Positions 40,275-52,194 of a DNA stretch of 64,000 nt are shown here, piece by piece. The notes under the pieces were generated by a model, which saw only the letters and a list, made by a program, of their open reading frames with translations, had not been told where the DNA came from and searched no databases. A program made the translations under genes and the position numbers. This DNA comes from Octopus sinensis (Eukaryota): NCBI RefSeq assembly GCF_006345805.1, contig NC_043003.1, positions 78,678,001 through 78,742,000 on the forward strand. Reading direction: 5' to 3'. Positions within the stretch are counted from its first letter, which is position 1. Every line of letters begins with the position of its first letter.

Positions 40275-40444
40275 GTATGTATGTATGTATAGAACGGGCT
40301 TCTTTCAGTTTCCGTCTACCAAATTCACTCACAAGACTTTGGTCGGCCCGAAGCTATAGTAGAAGACACTTACCCAAGGTGCCATGCAGTGGGACTGAAC
40401 CCTGAACCATGTACTTGAGAAGCAAGCTTCTAACCACATAGCCA

Positions 40445-40720
40445 AAGATTCCAACTTTTTACCTGCAGAAATAATGGTTCCTGTTTGCCAATGAATTTGT
40501 TGACTTGCTGCCTGACAAAGTTGTTCGTTTTGTGTTCTGTGTACGGAATGTGCAATAACATTTTAAACCACTTGTGCTCAAATGCCTGAATCCTTCCTTC
40601 CAAATCCCCTGTGAGAATTCAGCTGTCACACTCACGCACAAAGACTCAAGTTACCAAGGACTTGTACACTTTGAGTCTCGTTGAACACCCCAACGATACT
40701 GAAGTGTCCGTGGAATTCTC
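40445..40720 (-). mobile_element. RTE LINE fragment
   Basis: RLKVYKSLV...LTGDLEGRIQAFEHKWFKMLLHIPYTEHKTNNFVRQQVNKFIGKQEPL. Confidence 0.8.
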
Positions 40721-41551
40721 AGTTACTTAAATGCTATAATGCAAGTGCGAGCCCCGTGAGTCAGAGTGTCCTCTTCCTGCGCATCTCCATCGCTATCCCT
40801 CCGGAGCAACACTTTTTCCGTCTTGTCTGCCGGGTCATAAGGCGGTCTGACTTACAAGAAATTGTACGTTCTGCTTCTTAACGTGAAGTTACTCTTAATA
40901 GGAGTAGGGAGGGATATTTTCTCTTTGACAGTCACTTTTCAATTTCTTCACTTTTTATTTCAATTGATTTCATATTTGGTGTATTGGTGTAGTTTTGTAA
41001 AGTAATCACTGGCGTGAAATTCATTTTCGCTATAGATAAATAAAGAGTTAATAGCTTTTAATGTTTGTAAATTTTGGGTAATTTTAGCGAATCGAAAGCC
41101 ACAGACATATAGGCGCCTGTTTCCATAGTAACAAGCTAAGTTGTTACCAAGATACTTACTACGTGTTCTTTTTGTCGCTTATTAAATACTTAAAACACAC
41201 GAGGTGATCATGAGATGTGCTAAAAATAACACCTAAATAGGCTTTAAATCACGCACGAAAATTTTTGATTTGGTTTTTGCATAATCGTATGAATTCCCGT
41301 GAACAGAATACAAATTTGAAAAAAGTTTCTGAAAATTCCCAGAAATAAAAAAAGTTATGAAGGGCTATATGGCGTGTGTAAAGCCGAATTCCGCCAATAT
41401 TTTATGTGTTTAAGGCGGCGGGCTGGCAGAATCGTTAGCACGCCAGGTGAAATGCGTAACCGTATTTCGTCTTCCGTTACGTTCTGAGTTCAAATTCCGC
41501 CGAGGTCGACTTTGCCTTTCATCCTTTCGGGGTCGATTAAATAAGTACCAG

Positions 41552-42442
41552 GGATCTTTTCAATTCTGAAGCCAGGATCACAGATCTTTCTACTTAACTA
41601 AATAATCTGAAACTTCGTATGCTGATAGAGTCTAGCAAAACAAGACACAGGTTGGAACTAGTTTATTTGAGAAAAATCTATTTTATGACTTTAATCGTAG
41701 ATTAAAACTGCGAATTTTAACCAATCAGATTGTTTGTTTTCATGTGTAAAACTTGACTGCATTCTATTAGTGTGACGTAGAAAGCGCTTTTGTGACGTAC
41801 TAACGTTCGTTTGAAAACTGTAAACAAACACAGAACGTAACGGCAGACGAAATACGGCTACGCATTTCGCCCGGCGTGCTAACGTTTCTGCCAGCTCTTT
41901 GCTTTTTTAATATTAAATTTCTTGCCTTTTGCACAAATAAATACAATAAGTGAAATGAAACGCATTAGCTTAGAAACGAAATCTTGTTAGAAGCCTCGTC
42001 ACTGAGATGCCACTTCTTAATAGCAAACGAAAGCAAGTACTAACAGAATGGAAACATTTTCAATTTAATACATGTGGCTTATTAACTAGTTTTAAATGTT
42101 GTTATTAGAAGGTGGCTGACTATAGGATCCTGGAAACATGAGTACGTTAAATAATTAGAAGGAGATTTCACGGAGACATGCGGTCTGTTTACATTTAAGA
42201 TGTTTAATACGTCACCAAATTGGTGGTCGAGACGGAGTAAATAAAATAAAGCCGAATGACGGAATATCATTGGTTAAAATTCTAATTATTAAACAACGTT
42301 AAACTTAGAAGTTACAATTCCGTTTTCATTCTGGTTTACAATTAAGTTTACTTTTGACACATTCTACCAGTATACGAAGTTTCAAATTGTTTGGTTCAGT
42401 AGGAAAAATTTGAAAAAACTGGCTTCAGAATTGAAAAGATCC
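41552..42442. mobile_element. Non-autonomous TIR transposon (Merlin-like) inserted into a SINE
   Basis: Perfect 24-bp TIR GGATCTTTTCAATTCTGAAGCCAG and 8-bp TSD AGTACCAG (41544-41551, 42443-42450) that splits a family B SINE. The superfamily is inferred only from the GG termini and 8-bp TSD. Confidence 0.8.
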
Positions 42443-43704
42443 AGTACCAGTTACGCACTGGGGTTAATGTAATCGATTTAATCCCTTTGTCTGTCCTTGT
42501 TTGTTCCCTCTATGTTTAGCCCCCTGTGGGCAACAAAGAAAGAAATATTTCATTTGTTTACAGTTGACAACACATGCTGTCATGCACAGAATGACAACTT
42601 CCAAATCCTGTTTTCTGATTGGGTAAAAATGATCAAACTTTAAATCTCTGTGACTTTTTTAAAATGTGAATTATCTCTTGAGATTCAGCATGGAAAATTA
42701 CATCAATACACGAAATTTTAAAATTTTCACTAAACCTTAAAATGTCCACAGGTTCTGCTAAACAGAAAAGACCCTGCTGAAACACTCGTCGAAAGGGACG
42801 GGGAAAGCTTTTGTTTATAAATCTACTAGATCAAGATGGCCCAAAGCTAAACACAACACCCTCCAAGCATGTTGTTAACCTTTCAATAAACACTAATAAA
42901 ACACTGCGTTCCCTTAAAAGGTGTTGTTGTTGTTGTTGTTGTGGTGGTGGTGGTGGTTGTGGTGATGGTGCTGTTGCTGCTGGAAATATGGCGGTGGCGA
43001 TGGTAGAAGTGGTGGAGGTGGTGTTGGGTGTAGTGTACTGGTAGGGGTGTTGGTGCTGCTGCCAGGAAGTGGGGTTGATGGTGGTGGTGGTGGTGTTGGT
43101 GCTAGTGGGGCCCAATGCTGGTGTTGCTGATGAAGTGGTTGTTGCTGGTGGTGTTGATGGTGGTGGTGGTGGTGGTGGCAATGTTGGGGGTGGTTTTACT
43201 CAAGCTGGTGGTGGAGATGTTGTTTGTTGCGGGAGATAAGAGTTCAGTTGTCTAATTCAACAGTTTGGAGACAGAATTAATGTTTGTGTTGGCGCCAGTA
43301 GCTGGAGAAGTCTGACCTAGAGCAAGGACACCTGGGTTCTCAGTCAGTCGGTCGGCAGGGGTGAAGAGGTGGGGGGTGGGAGCGAGCGGTCGGGCGAGTG
43401 GGAACAAAGAAAAGAAAGACAAAAAGAAATCAATCAAAAGCGCAATGAGCAAAGCACATACACACACACATTCACACACACACATACGCACACACAAATA
43501 TACTTACACACATAAATACAATCACACATACACACTCACTCCCAACAGAGAGAAAGTGATGGGTTAATTGGCAGTTAACTGTTTGTTTTTCACAGGGGCA
43601 AAGTTCAATGAAGGAGAATGCGCAGAAGTGTTAGACCAGTGATCCGCAACACTTATTTATTTATTTATCTCTCAATTCTTCACCCTGCTGTTTCTTTCTA
43701 TTGT

Positions 43705-43740
<36 letters not shown>

Positions 43741-44289
43741 GTATATTGGTATACAGATGCCCCCTTCGAAATTTCGCTAATCCTAGTCTCGATACGCCGC
43801 CACACACAAAACATTACTTTCACACAATAGGATTATTTGTGTTTGTGTGTGTTTCAGAGAAAGAAAGAAAGCGAGAAGAAGAGAGAGAGAGAGAGAGAGA
43901 GAAAGAAAGAGAGAGAGAGAGAGAGAAAGAAAGAGAGAGAGAGAAATGTGGTATGATAGAGACGGAGAGGGAGAGAATCGGTACTTCATACTTACACGGA
44001 ACTTTTTTCCTCTCCTTCATATTCTGTCCCACACTCATCATATGCAACCAAAAGAAAGGGCAAGAAAGCGCCAGATTTGATCATCCTTTCAGACCTCATT
44101 AAAGCGGGAAAATTAACATCGCAAGCAGCCTGACATTAGCAGTATTCATCTTTCAAGGCTTTTGTGAAGAAAGGAACGTTTGACTACGTCGACTCCAATA
44201 CATGGCTGATACTCATTTTATCGATCCGTGTAAGATCGAAACGTAAAATCGACTTCAGCGAGATATGAACAAAGAATGTAAAGATAATA

Positions 44290-44745
44290 CAATTGATAAT
44301 CGACTCTTCAAAGCCACAGTCGAACCAATTCTACTATACGGCTCAGAAACCTGGACGTTATCAAAGAAGCTTGAGAGGCGGTTGGATGGGACCTACACTC
44401 GCCTCCTTATGAGAGCTCAAAATCTCTCGTGGAAGCGCCATCCAACCAAAATGCAAATATATGGGAAACTACCACCTGTGTCATCTCTTGTGAAAGGTAG
44501 GAGAGTCCAGTTTGCTGGACATTGTTGTAGAGCTGAAAAAGAAGTAATTTCTACTCTTCTCCTCTGGAAGCCATCTACTCGCAATACCAGAGGGCGCACA
44601 CTCTCCTACCCTGATGTAATCTCCAGGGATACAGGCATCCAGCAACAGGACCTCCGTAATGCCATGATGGACCGTGAAGTCTGGCGTAGCATGGTAAATT
44701 TCATTGTCTCGACCACGGTCGAACAATGATGAATGATGATGAAGG
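44290..44745 (+). mobile_element. RTE/RTE-X LINE 3' end with an uninterrupted reading frame
   Basis: RLFKATVEPILLYGSETWTLSKKLERRLDGTYTRLL...FAGHCCR...AMMDREVWR, then a stop and (TGA)n tail. Confidence 0.88.
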
Positions 44746-45043
44746 ATGAAAGGTAAGGTCGATCTTAGCAGGATTCGAATTCTGGACGTAACTAAATACA
44801 TGGCATTTGACCTATCTACTGTTTGTGCCACTAAGTAACTATATAATCAAATCTCTACATGTCACTGGACCCTCTAGAAATAGAAACCAAACGTCCCTCT
44901 ACTCACATCCGACTGTCTTAAAAATTCGAAGAACACGGAGGATATCGTGGTGCAAGACGGGATAGCCACAGCTGGAACGTCTTTGAACGTCTTGGGATAA
45001 ACTACCACTGCTGCTGCTACTTCTGTTGCTGCTGCTGCTGCTG

Positions 45044-45076
<33 letters not shown>

Positions 45077-45150
45077 TAACAACATCAACTACTACTACTA
45101 CTACTACTACTACTGCTATAGCAACATCATCAACAACAACAACAACAACA

Positions 45151-45206
<56 letters not shown>

Positions 45207-45319
45207 CATTGTTTCAGAATAAAAAAAAACTCTTTGGAACCTGTTTAGCACCATTGATTACATAAAACAGCAAAACCAGAAAATAAATAAATAAATAGAT
45301 AAGTAAAACTGGAAAATGG

Positions 45320-45590
45320 TTTATTTACAGGAATGTAGTTAAGTTTGATTTTCTAAAAGCTTTTGATCGTAGAGCCTTAGATCATCAAATGTTATATACA
45401 AAAGCCTCAGGAAACTGGAACAGAAACCGAATGCTTCATAGCATATTTAAATCAAAGAAACGAAATCGTAAATGTCACTGACACAAACAGATATAAAACG
45501 AAGATAACAAAGTGCGATGTTCCTAAAAGTAGCTCTCTCGGGATTTTGCAATTTATAATTTATGTCAATGATATGCTTGTTAGTTTTGAC
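45320..45590 (+). mobile_element. Highly decayed CR1/Jockey-type RT fragment
   Basis: Remnants KAFDR and DVPKSSSLGILQFIIYVNDM (compare GVPQGSVLGPLLFIIYVND). Confidence 0.5.
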
Positions 45591-45808
45591 AGCAAATAAT
45601 TCTTTAGACTTATGATACAACTTTGCTTTTTGTTTTCTTTTTTATTCTTCTTATTACGAAAAATAAATAAATAGAATTTATAAAAGAACATTTAACATAA
45701 ATCCTTCACTCGATTCACCAATTTGGTTTGTTGATAACAGAATGTCAATGTACACTGAATCGACTGAATACGTTTTCTTTGGATCAAAGGAAGTCATAAA
45801 AAAGAAAC

Positions 45809-45841
<33 letters not shown>

Positions 45842-45853
45842 ATATATATATAT

Positions 45854-47623
45854 ATATGTTAATAAAATAGAACATATGCATATATATAAACATATATGTA
45901 CGTACCTACCTCTACATGTACATATACACGCATATATGTGTACAGGACACCAAAAAAGACGTCGAACACATAGAGAGACGAAAAACATAGACACAAACCA
46001 AGGAACAAGACAAGCAAAAAAAGAGATACAGGACAATAAGCACAACGAAAAATCCCCTTCTTCAGTCGCTAAGGTTTCATCTACTAAACGTTTCGAAGGA
46101 TAAAAGCGAGACGTATACTTCGAAGAAAACTTCCTTCCTGCGAAAGCAATCAATTAAAAATCTGAGATCTTTTCGCAGAGGGGTAAAAAAAGCAAGACGG
46201 TAACGACAGTACAAACATATAAACAGTAAAAAATATATATATAAACAGTGGAAAAATAAATATATAACAGTGAGAGACAGGACAAGGAGAACAAGATAAG
46301 AAGGGCTGTTAACGCCAGACGAAAAAAGTATTGCAAACGCTGGATTATAGTGGACGACGAGAGAGAAAGAAAGTCGACCAGTAGCCTTAGAAGGCGGGCG
46401 AGAAAAGACAGGATAGCAGTTACGACGGAAGTATCGTCGCAGATGGACGACGGGAATGGAAGAGAGGAATGGAAGAGAGCAAGAGGAAGAGAGAGAAGAA
46501 GGGGAATGGTGCGAGGAGACCATGAAGAACGGTGAGGGGGAGAGAGAGAGGAAGAGACAAGTTAAGTGAGGGAAAAAAGACGAAAAAAGGGATGGGAGAG
46601 AAAGAAAGAAAGAAAGATGCAGAGTCGCGTGAGAGTTAATATCAAGGCTAACTTGATAAACAGAACAATCTTACTTAATAGGGTGCGTGCGTTTAGTCGT
46701 ATAATATGTTAATAAAATAGAACATATGCATATATATAACATATATGTACGTACCTACCTCTACATGTACATATACACGCATATATGTGTACAGGACACC
46801 AAAAAAGACGTCGAACACATAGAGAGACGAAAAACATAGACACAACCAAGGAACAAGACAAGCAAAAAAAGAGATACAGGACAATAAGCACAACGAAAAA
46901 TCCCCTTCTTCAGTCGCTAAGTTTCATCTACTAAACGTTTCGAAGGATAAAAGCGAGACGTATACTTCGAAGAAAACTTCCTTCCTGCGAAAAGCAAATC
47001 AATTAAAAATCTGAGATCTTTTCGCAGAGGGGTAAAAAAAGCAAGACGGTAACGACAGTACAAACATATAAACAGTAAAAAATATATATATAAACAGTGG
47101 AAAAATAAATATATAACAGTGAGAGACAGGACAAGGAGAACAAGATAAGAAGGGCTGTTAACGCCAGACGAAAAAAGTATTGCAAACGCTGGATTATAGT
47201 GGACGACGAGAGAGAAAGAATGTCGACAGTAGCCTTAGAAGGCGGGCGAGAAAAGACAGGATAGCAGTTACGACGGAAGTATCGTCGCAGATGGACGACG
47301 GGAATGGGGGGAGGAGGAGCAAGAGGAAGAGAGAGAAGAAGGGGAATGGTGCGAGGAGACCATGAAGAACGGTGAGGGGGAGAGAGAGAGGAAGAGACAA
47401 GTTAAGTGAGGGAAAAAAGACGAAAAAGGGAATGGGAGAGAAAGAAAGAAAGAAAGATGCAGAGTCGCGTGAGAGTTACTATCAAGGCTAACTTGATAAA
47501 CAGAACAATCTTACTTAATAGGGTGCGTGCGTTTAGTCGTAAAATATGTTAATAAAATAGAACATATGCATATATATAAACATATATGTACGTACCTACC
47601 TCTACATGTACATATACACGCAT
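45854..47623 (-). repeat. Head-to-tail tandem of ~2.1 units (850/840 bp) of a non-coding element carrying a permuted hammerhead-like motif
   Basis: Unit starts atatgttaataaaatag at 45854, 46704 and 47544. Flanked by (TA)n. A diverged homologous 3' segment lies at about 58150-58545(+). Confidence 0.9.
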
Positions 47624-47782
47624 AATATATATATATATATATATATAATATATATATATATATTGTTATATTTCGGAATGGTCATATGCCAGTTTAGCCA
47701 ATAAAAACACACGCACTATATATTTGGTGTTATTTTGCTTCAGTGATATTTATTTTTTACATTAATCTTAATCTTATTTCGG

Positions 47783-47822
47783 CCAAAGTTCTTTCGTCAC
47801 ACTCCTGTGACCGCATCAGTGG
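47783..47822 (-). ncRNA. Degenerate type I hammerhead motif (core CUGAUGC)
   Basis: CCA-CTGATGC-G-GTCAC(AGGAGT)GTGAC-GAAA-GAAC-TT-TGG. A9 is mutated, so probably inactive. Confidence 0.4.
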
Positions 47823-48084
47823 TCCTTTGTTTTCTTCTCACTTACTTGTGTCTCTCCTTACTAACCGTCAGCCATTTTGTATTTCTATTGTATGTCTTCA
47901 TTTGCGCATGCTTATATCTCTATGTGCGTCTATGTTTATTTAGTGTGTGTGTGGGGGGGATGCCTGTAATATTTGTATCTTCTGGTTATATACATTCTTG
48001 TAATTTGTATTTTGTTTTTGTTTTTGTTGTTGTTGCTTTTGTTCTAATTTTGTTCATGTGTTTACATCCACCCATTATTATCAT

Positions 48085-48310
48085 TAGTATCGCTGGTGAT
48101 GTGGCCAACCTCTTCATGGTATGGTGGGACAGAAGGCTTAAAGAATGCCTACTGCAGAAATCCATACTCGTAAACATGTACTCTCGCTATGTTGATGATA
48201 TCAATATAGTAGTAAAGGCACCCCCACAAGAGAGTACTGTTGATATAGTAATAGAAACTAATACTATGGAGAGCATCCAGCAAATAGCTAACTCTCTTAA
48301 TCGAAATAAG
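48085..48310 (+). mobile_element. Penelope-like reverse transcriptase fragment
   Basis: SIAGDVANLFMVWWDRRLKE...MYSRYVDDINIVV. YVDD motif in a PLE-type context, bounded by a microsatellite and a SINE. Confidence 0.7.
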
Positions 48311-48556
48311 ATTAAGAGAGAGAGAGTGGCTGTGTGGTAAGTAGCTTGCTTCCAACCACATGGTTCCAGGTTTAGTCTCACTGCGTGGCACCTTGGGCAA
48401 GTGTCTTCTACTATAGTCTGGAGGCAGACCAATGCCTTGTGAATGGATTTGGTAGACAGAAACTGAAAGAAGCCCGTCGTATATATATATGATAGATTGT
48501 TAGCCACTACACACAATTTTTTTCTCTCCTTGTTTCTCTCCTTTTTTTCTGCGTCC

Positions 48557-48592
48557 CTTTCTGTAGAAGAGCGTAGGCTCGAAACGTAAAAG
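48557..48592 (+). ncRNA. Minimal type I hammerhead motif with altered core (CUGUAGA)
   Basis: CTTT-CTGTAGA-A-GAGC(GTAG)GCTC-GAAA-CG-TA-AAAG with palindromic ACGT stem III. Confidence 0.5.
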
Positions 48593-49034
48593 ACTTTTTC
48601 TATTCCTGAGCGTTATACTAATACATCTGTTTGTTTTGTACACCACCTGTCTTTGTCTTTTGTTGTTTTTTTCGTAAATTCTCCCTATATATATACATAT
48701 ACATTTTATTCATTAGTCGAAAGACACCTGTTGTTAATATCCAGTTATTTGCATTTGTATTTGTGTGCCATTTCTCCATTTTTTATCCCCGTCCTTGTTT
48801 TCGTATACATTCGTTACTTTCTTCCAAGGAATCTAGTTCTCTTAGCTTAGCTTTTCCATGGGGCAGGCCAGATTGGAGCAATCTTGAGTATAACCACCCG
48901 AAATTGCAAAGATAATCTGAAACTCGACTGAGGGAAGAAAACTCCAAATGAGCCGTCCTTGTTTTTTTCTTGTCTTTTTTTTGTATCATCTAACTGTCTA
49001 GATATTTGGCGTTCTTGTCCCATTTTTTGTATTC

Positions 49035-49108
<74 letters not shown>

Positions 49109-49112
49109 CACT

Positions 49113-49162
<50 letters not shown>

Positions 49163-49229
49163 ACCTCGTGAGCACCGCCGGCAATTTTTTTTCCTCTGTC
49201 TTCCCTTCTCGGGATCTTCCTTCTCCTTT

Positions 49230-49264
49230 GTTTCCGACGAAGAGCTCGGCTCGAAACGTTAAAC
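49230..49264 (+). ncRNA. Minimal type I hammerhead motif (core variant CCGACGA)
   Basis: GTTT-CCGACGA-A-GAGC(TCG)GCTC-GAAA-CG-TT-AAAC. Confidence 0.55.
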
Positions 49265-49689
49265 CCTCCTTCCCTTCTTTCCTGAGCGTCCAATAATACT
49301 TTATTTGTTCCACGTCCTCGCGTTGCTGTGTTTTTTTTTTGTTTTCTTGTTTGGATTATACTTTATATATATATATATATATACATTTATTTATTTATAT
49401 ATGTATATGTACACACACACACACGCACGCGCGCGCGCACACACACACGCACGCGCGCGCGCACACACACACGCACACACAAACACTCGATAATGAGATT
49501 CATTCACATTCACTGCGAGGTATTTTTACAGTTGTTATTTATCCCTGTGTAACTGTTAATCTTTTTCTCAGTCCTGTTTTTTATTTTTATTTTTTTTCTT
49601 TACATTTTAATTCTGTATCCCGCCTCCCCCTCACCAATTTTGTGTTACAGTAAGAGATCAGCTCAGATCGATTTACATGTACTGAAATG

Positions 49690-51410
49690 TACAACCTGTC
49701 TAGGTTTCCATGCTTCACGTAAGTTTTCTAGGCCACGCAAACGATCAGGTTTCAAGGTAACTCACACACGATCATTGAGCCGTTTCAGGTGGGCTGCGAA
49801 ACATTAGGGAGCGTGGATGAACAGGTGGACAACATAGCTTACGAGCAGGTGAGAAGTGAACAGTTTGTCTCCCGTGATCGACTTTGCGTTGTATATGCGA
49901 CAAGGACATTTAACTCTAAGATGGCCAAGTATGCAAATATGTACGAGAGGACACGAAATGCGACCACTCAAAGCAGTGGTAGCCTCTTAAATTTGGCAAG
50001 GCGTCTGTTAGTTTGAAGTTGCAGGAGTTTGGGATTAACGGGTAACTGCTGGTTGTCATGAAGTCCCTACAAATGCTCACATGTTTGTATTCTGGTAAAT
50101 AGTGCTAAGTCGAAAACCGTTCAACGTACGAGGGGGTGCTGAAATGTTCCTGGCTTTAAGAGTATCGCGAAAGGCCCGGATGGAGGCACAACCTTTCGTG
50201 TTCTTTTTACAGGGCTTAGAAAAACTGATGGACCGTTATTCTGAGAGGGGAGTATGTTGAATAAAATCATAATTAACTGATCCTTCAGTATTTTCGTTTA
50301 CCAAAAGCCAGAAACTTTTCAGCACCCTCTCGAAGGTGGGGGCTTCGGCAGAGGCGCAAATTTGTCACCTCACTTTTTCATAATTTTTATGAACTAGATT
50401 GACATGCGCAGACGTTATGGAAATAGTGTCATAATTGATGATGTAGGATCGGTCGGCTGATATTTACTGACGACATGGTGCTATTTGGTTCATCAGAAGG
50501 TGAGGGCGCGTGGCTTAGTGGTTAGGGCATTCGGCTCATGATCGTAAGGTTGTAAGTTCGATTCCCGGCGACGCGTTGTGTCTTTGAGCAAGACACTTTA
50601 TTTCACGTTGCTCCAGTCCACTCAACTGGCAAAAATGAGTAGTACCTGTATTTCAAAAAAGGGCCAACCTTGTCACACTCTGTGTCACGTTGAATCTCCT
50701 TGCGAACTACGTTAAGGGTACACGTGTCTATGGAATGCTCAGCCACTTGCACGTTAATTTCACGAGCAAGCTGTTAAGTTGATCGTATCAGCTGGGACCC
50801 TCATCGTCGTAACCGACGAAGTGCTCCTTGATCTCCAACAATCACTGATTGGGTTCGCTGCCGAGTGAGAACTGAGGCGTTGGTCTTCTGAAGAAAGTTT
50901 TCCCCGTGCACCCTGCACGCTAGTGAAACATCACTGAGGCAAGTGAAGAAGTTCTAGTATCGAGAGGTCATATCCAGAGTGACGGGGAGCTGATTGCTAG
51001 AACTGTAGATGCTGGATCAGTATTGCGCTAGTTCCAGCATTTGATTTTTAGAGAAGGTGAGGTTGGAGAAAAATCCAAATAGTCACAAATTCGGTTTTTG
51101 TGACTATCCTCACCAATGGTCATAAATTTTGGGTAGTGACCGAAAGAGTACGATCTCGAATACAAACAGTCGAAATGGGGTTCCTCCGAGGATCTCTGGA
51201 GTAACGTTCGTAGCTCAGAGGTTAGAAAGTCTTTCCAGATCGAACCGCTACTTCTCCGCATTGAGAGGTCACAACTACGGTGCTATGGGCATGTTAGAAT
51301 ATCGAAGGAAAGAATCGCATGACGGATTCTACAAACCAAACTGACCGGCAGAACCCAAGGGGGTAGACCAAAGAACGAGGTGGCTGGATAATATATTTTT
51401 ATCTCAGTTG
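49690..51410 (+). mobile_element. Decayed RTE LINE with nested mariner MITE (50129-50332) and tRNA-SINE (~50505-50830)
   Basis: Remnants VFVTILTNGHKFWVVTERVRSRIQTVEMGFLR and IEPLLLRIERSQLRCYGHV. MITE TIRs cgagggggtgctgaaatgttcctggct / agccagaaacttttcagcaccctctcg. Confidence 0.75.
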
Positions 51411-51614
51411 GTCATGCATGAGGATTCATACAGGAAATGACGGTAATGACGGTAATGACGGTAAAGACCTTATGGAGGAGGTACCCACACGACCCTTTCA
51501 GAAAAAGTTGACGAAGATGATGGATGGATGGATGGATGGACATACATACATACATACATACACACACACATGCATACATACATACATACATACATACATA
51601 CATACATACATACA

Positions 51615-51645
<31 letters not shown>

Positions 51646-52140
51646 GTGCACAAATACACACACATATACACTCATACGCACATGACTATATTGTACCATT
51701 TTATTTATAAAGACAGTCGGATATAATTTGAAGGTGATTTGACTGTTATTACTAACAGGTGGAGCAACTATGGAAAGGCGCTCTCGTTGGTCCAGTTCTT
51801 AGATTTAGTCCAGACCTTTAGAAGTGAAAAGAATTGCTTCCCAGCAAATTTGTTGAAACGTGGATGAAAGTAGCCAGTGAATGAACCAATTCTGAGCATA
51901 CGTCTGTTGAGTGGAGGAGGACAACTGGCCAGGGTGACGAGATGGTTTTGTTGGGTTTCCACCTGTAGCCCTCGGAAGTCTAACCACAATGGGATATATT
52001 TATGTTATCAACATTTTATTATCACCACCCTTTTTTTTTTGTTTGCATTTTGTTTACACCTCAAAACTCAATTTTCGTACCCCATGTCCTTGCAATGTCC
52101 TCGTTTTTTTATTTTGTGTGAGCCCTGGTGGCTAATAAAA

Positions 52141-52181
<41 letters not shown>

Positions 52182-52194
52182 ACTTATTATTATT

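Noticed and set aside
40650-40662. X-box-like GTTACCAAGGAC
   Set aside because: It lies within the RTE LINE remnant (encodes KSLV on the minus strand).
44195-44250. gatc-GAAA-CG-TA hammerhead-like half
   Set aside because: No CUGANGA core at the right position. It aligns with a decayed family B SINE.
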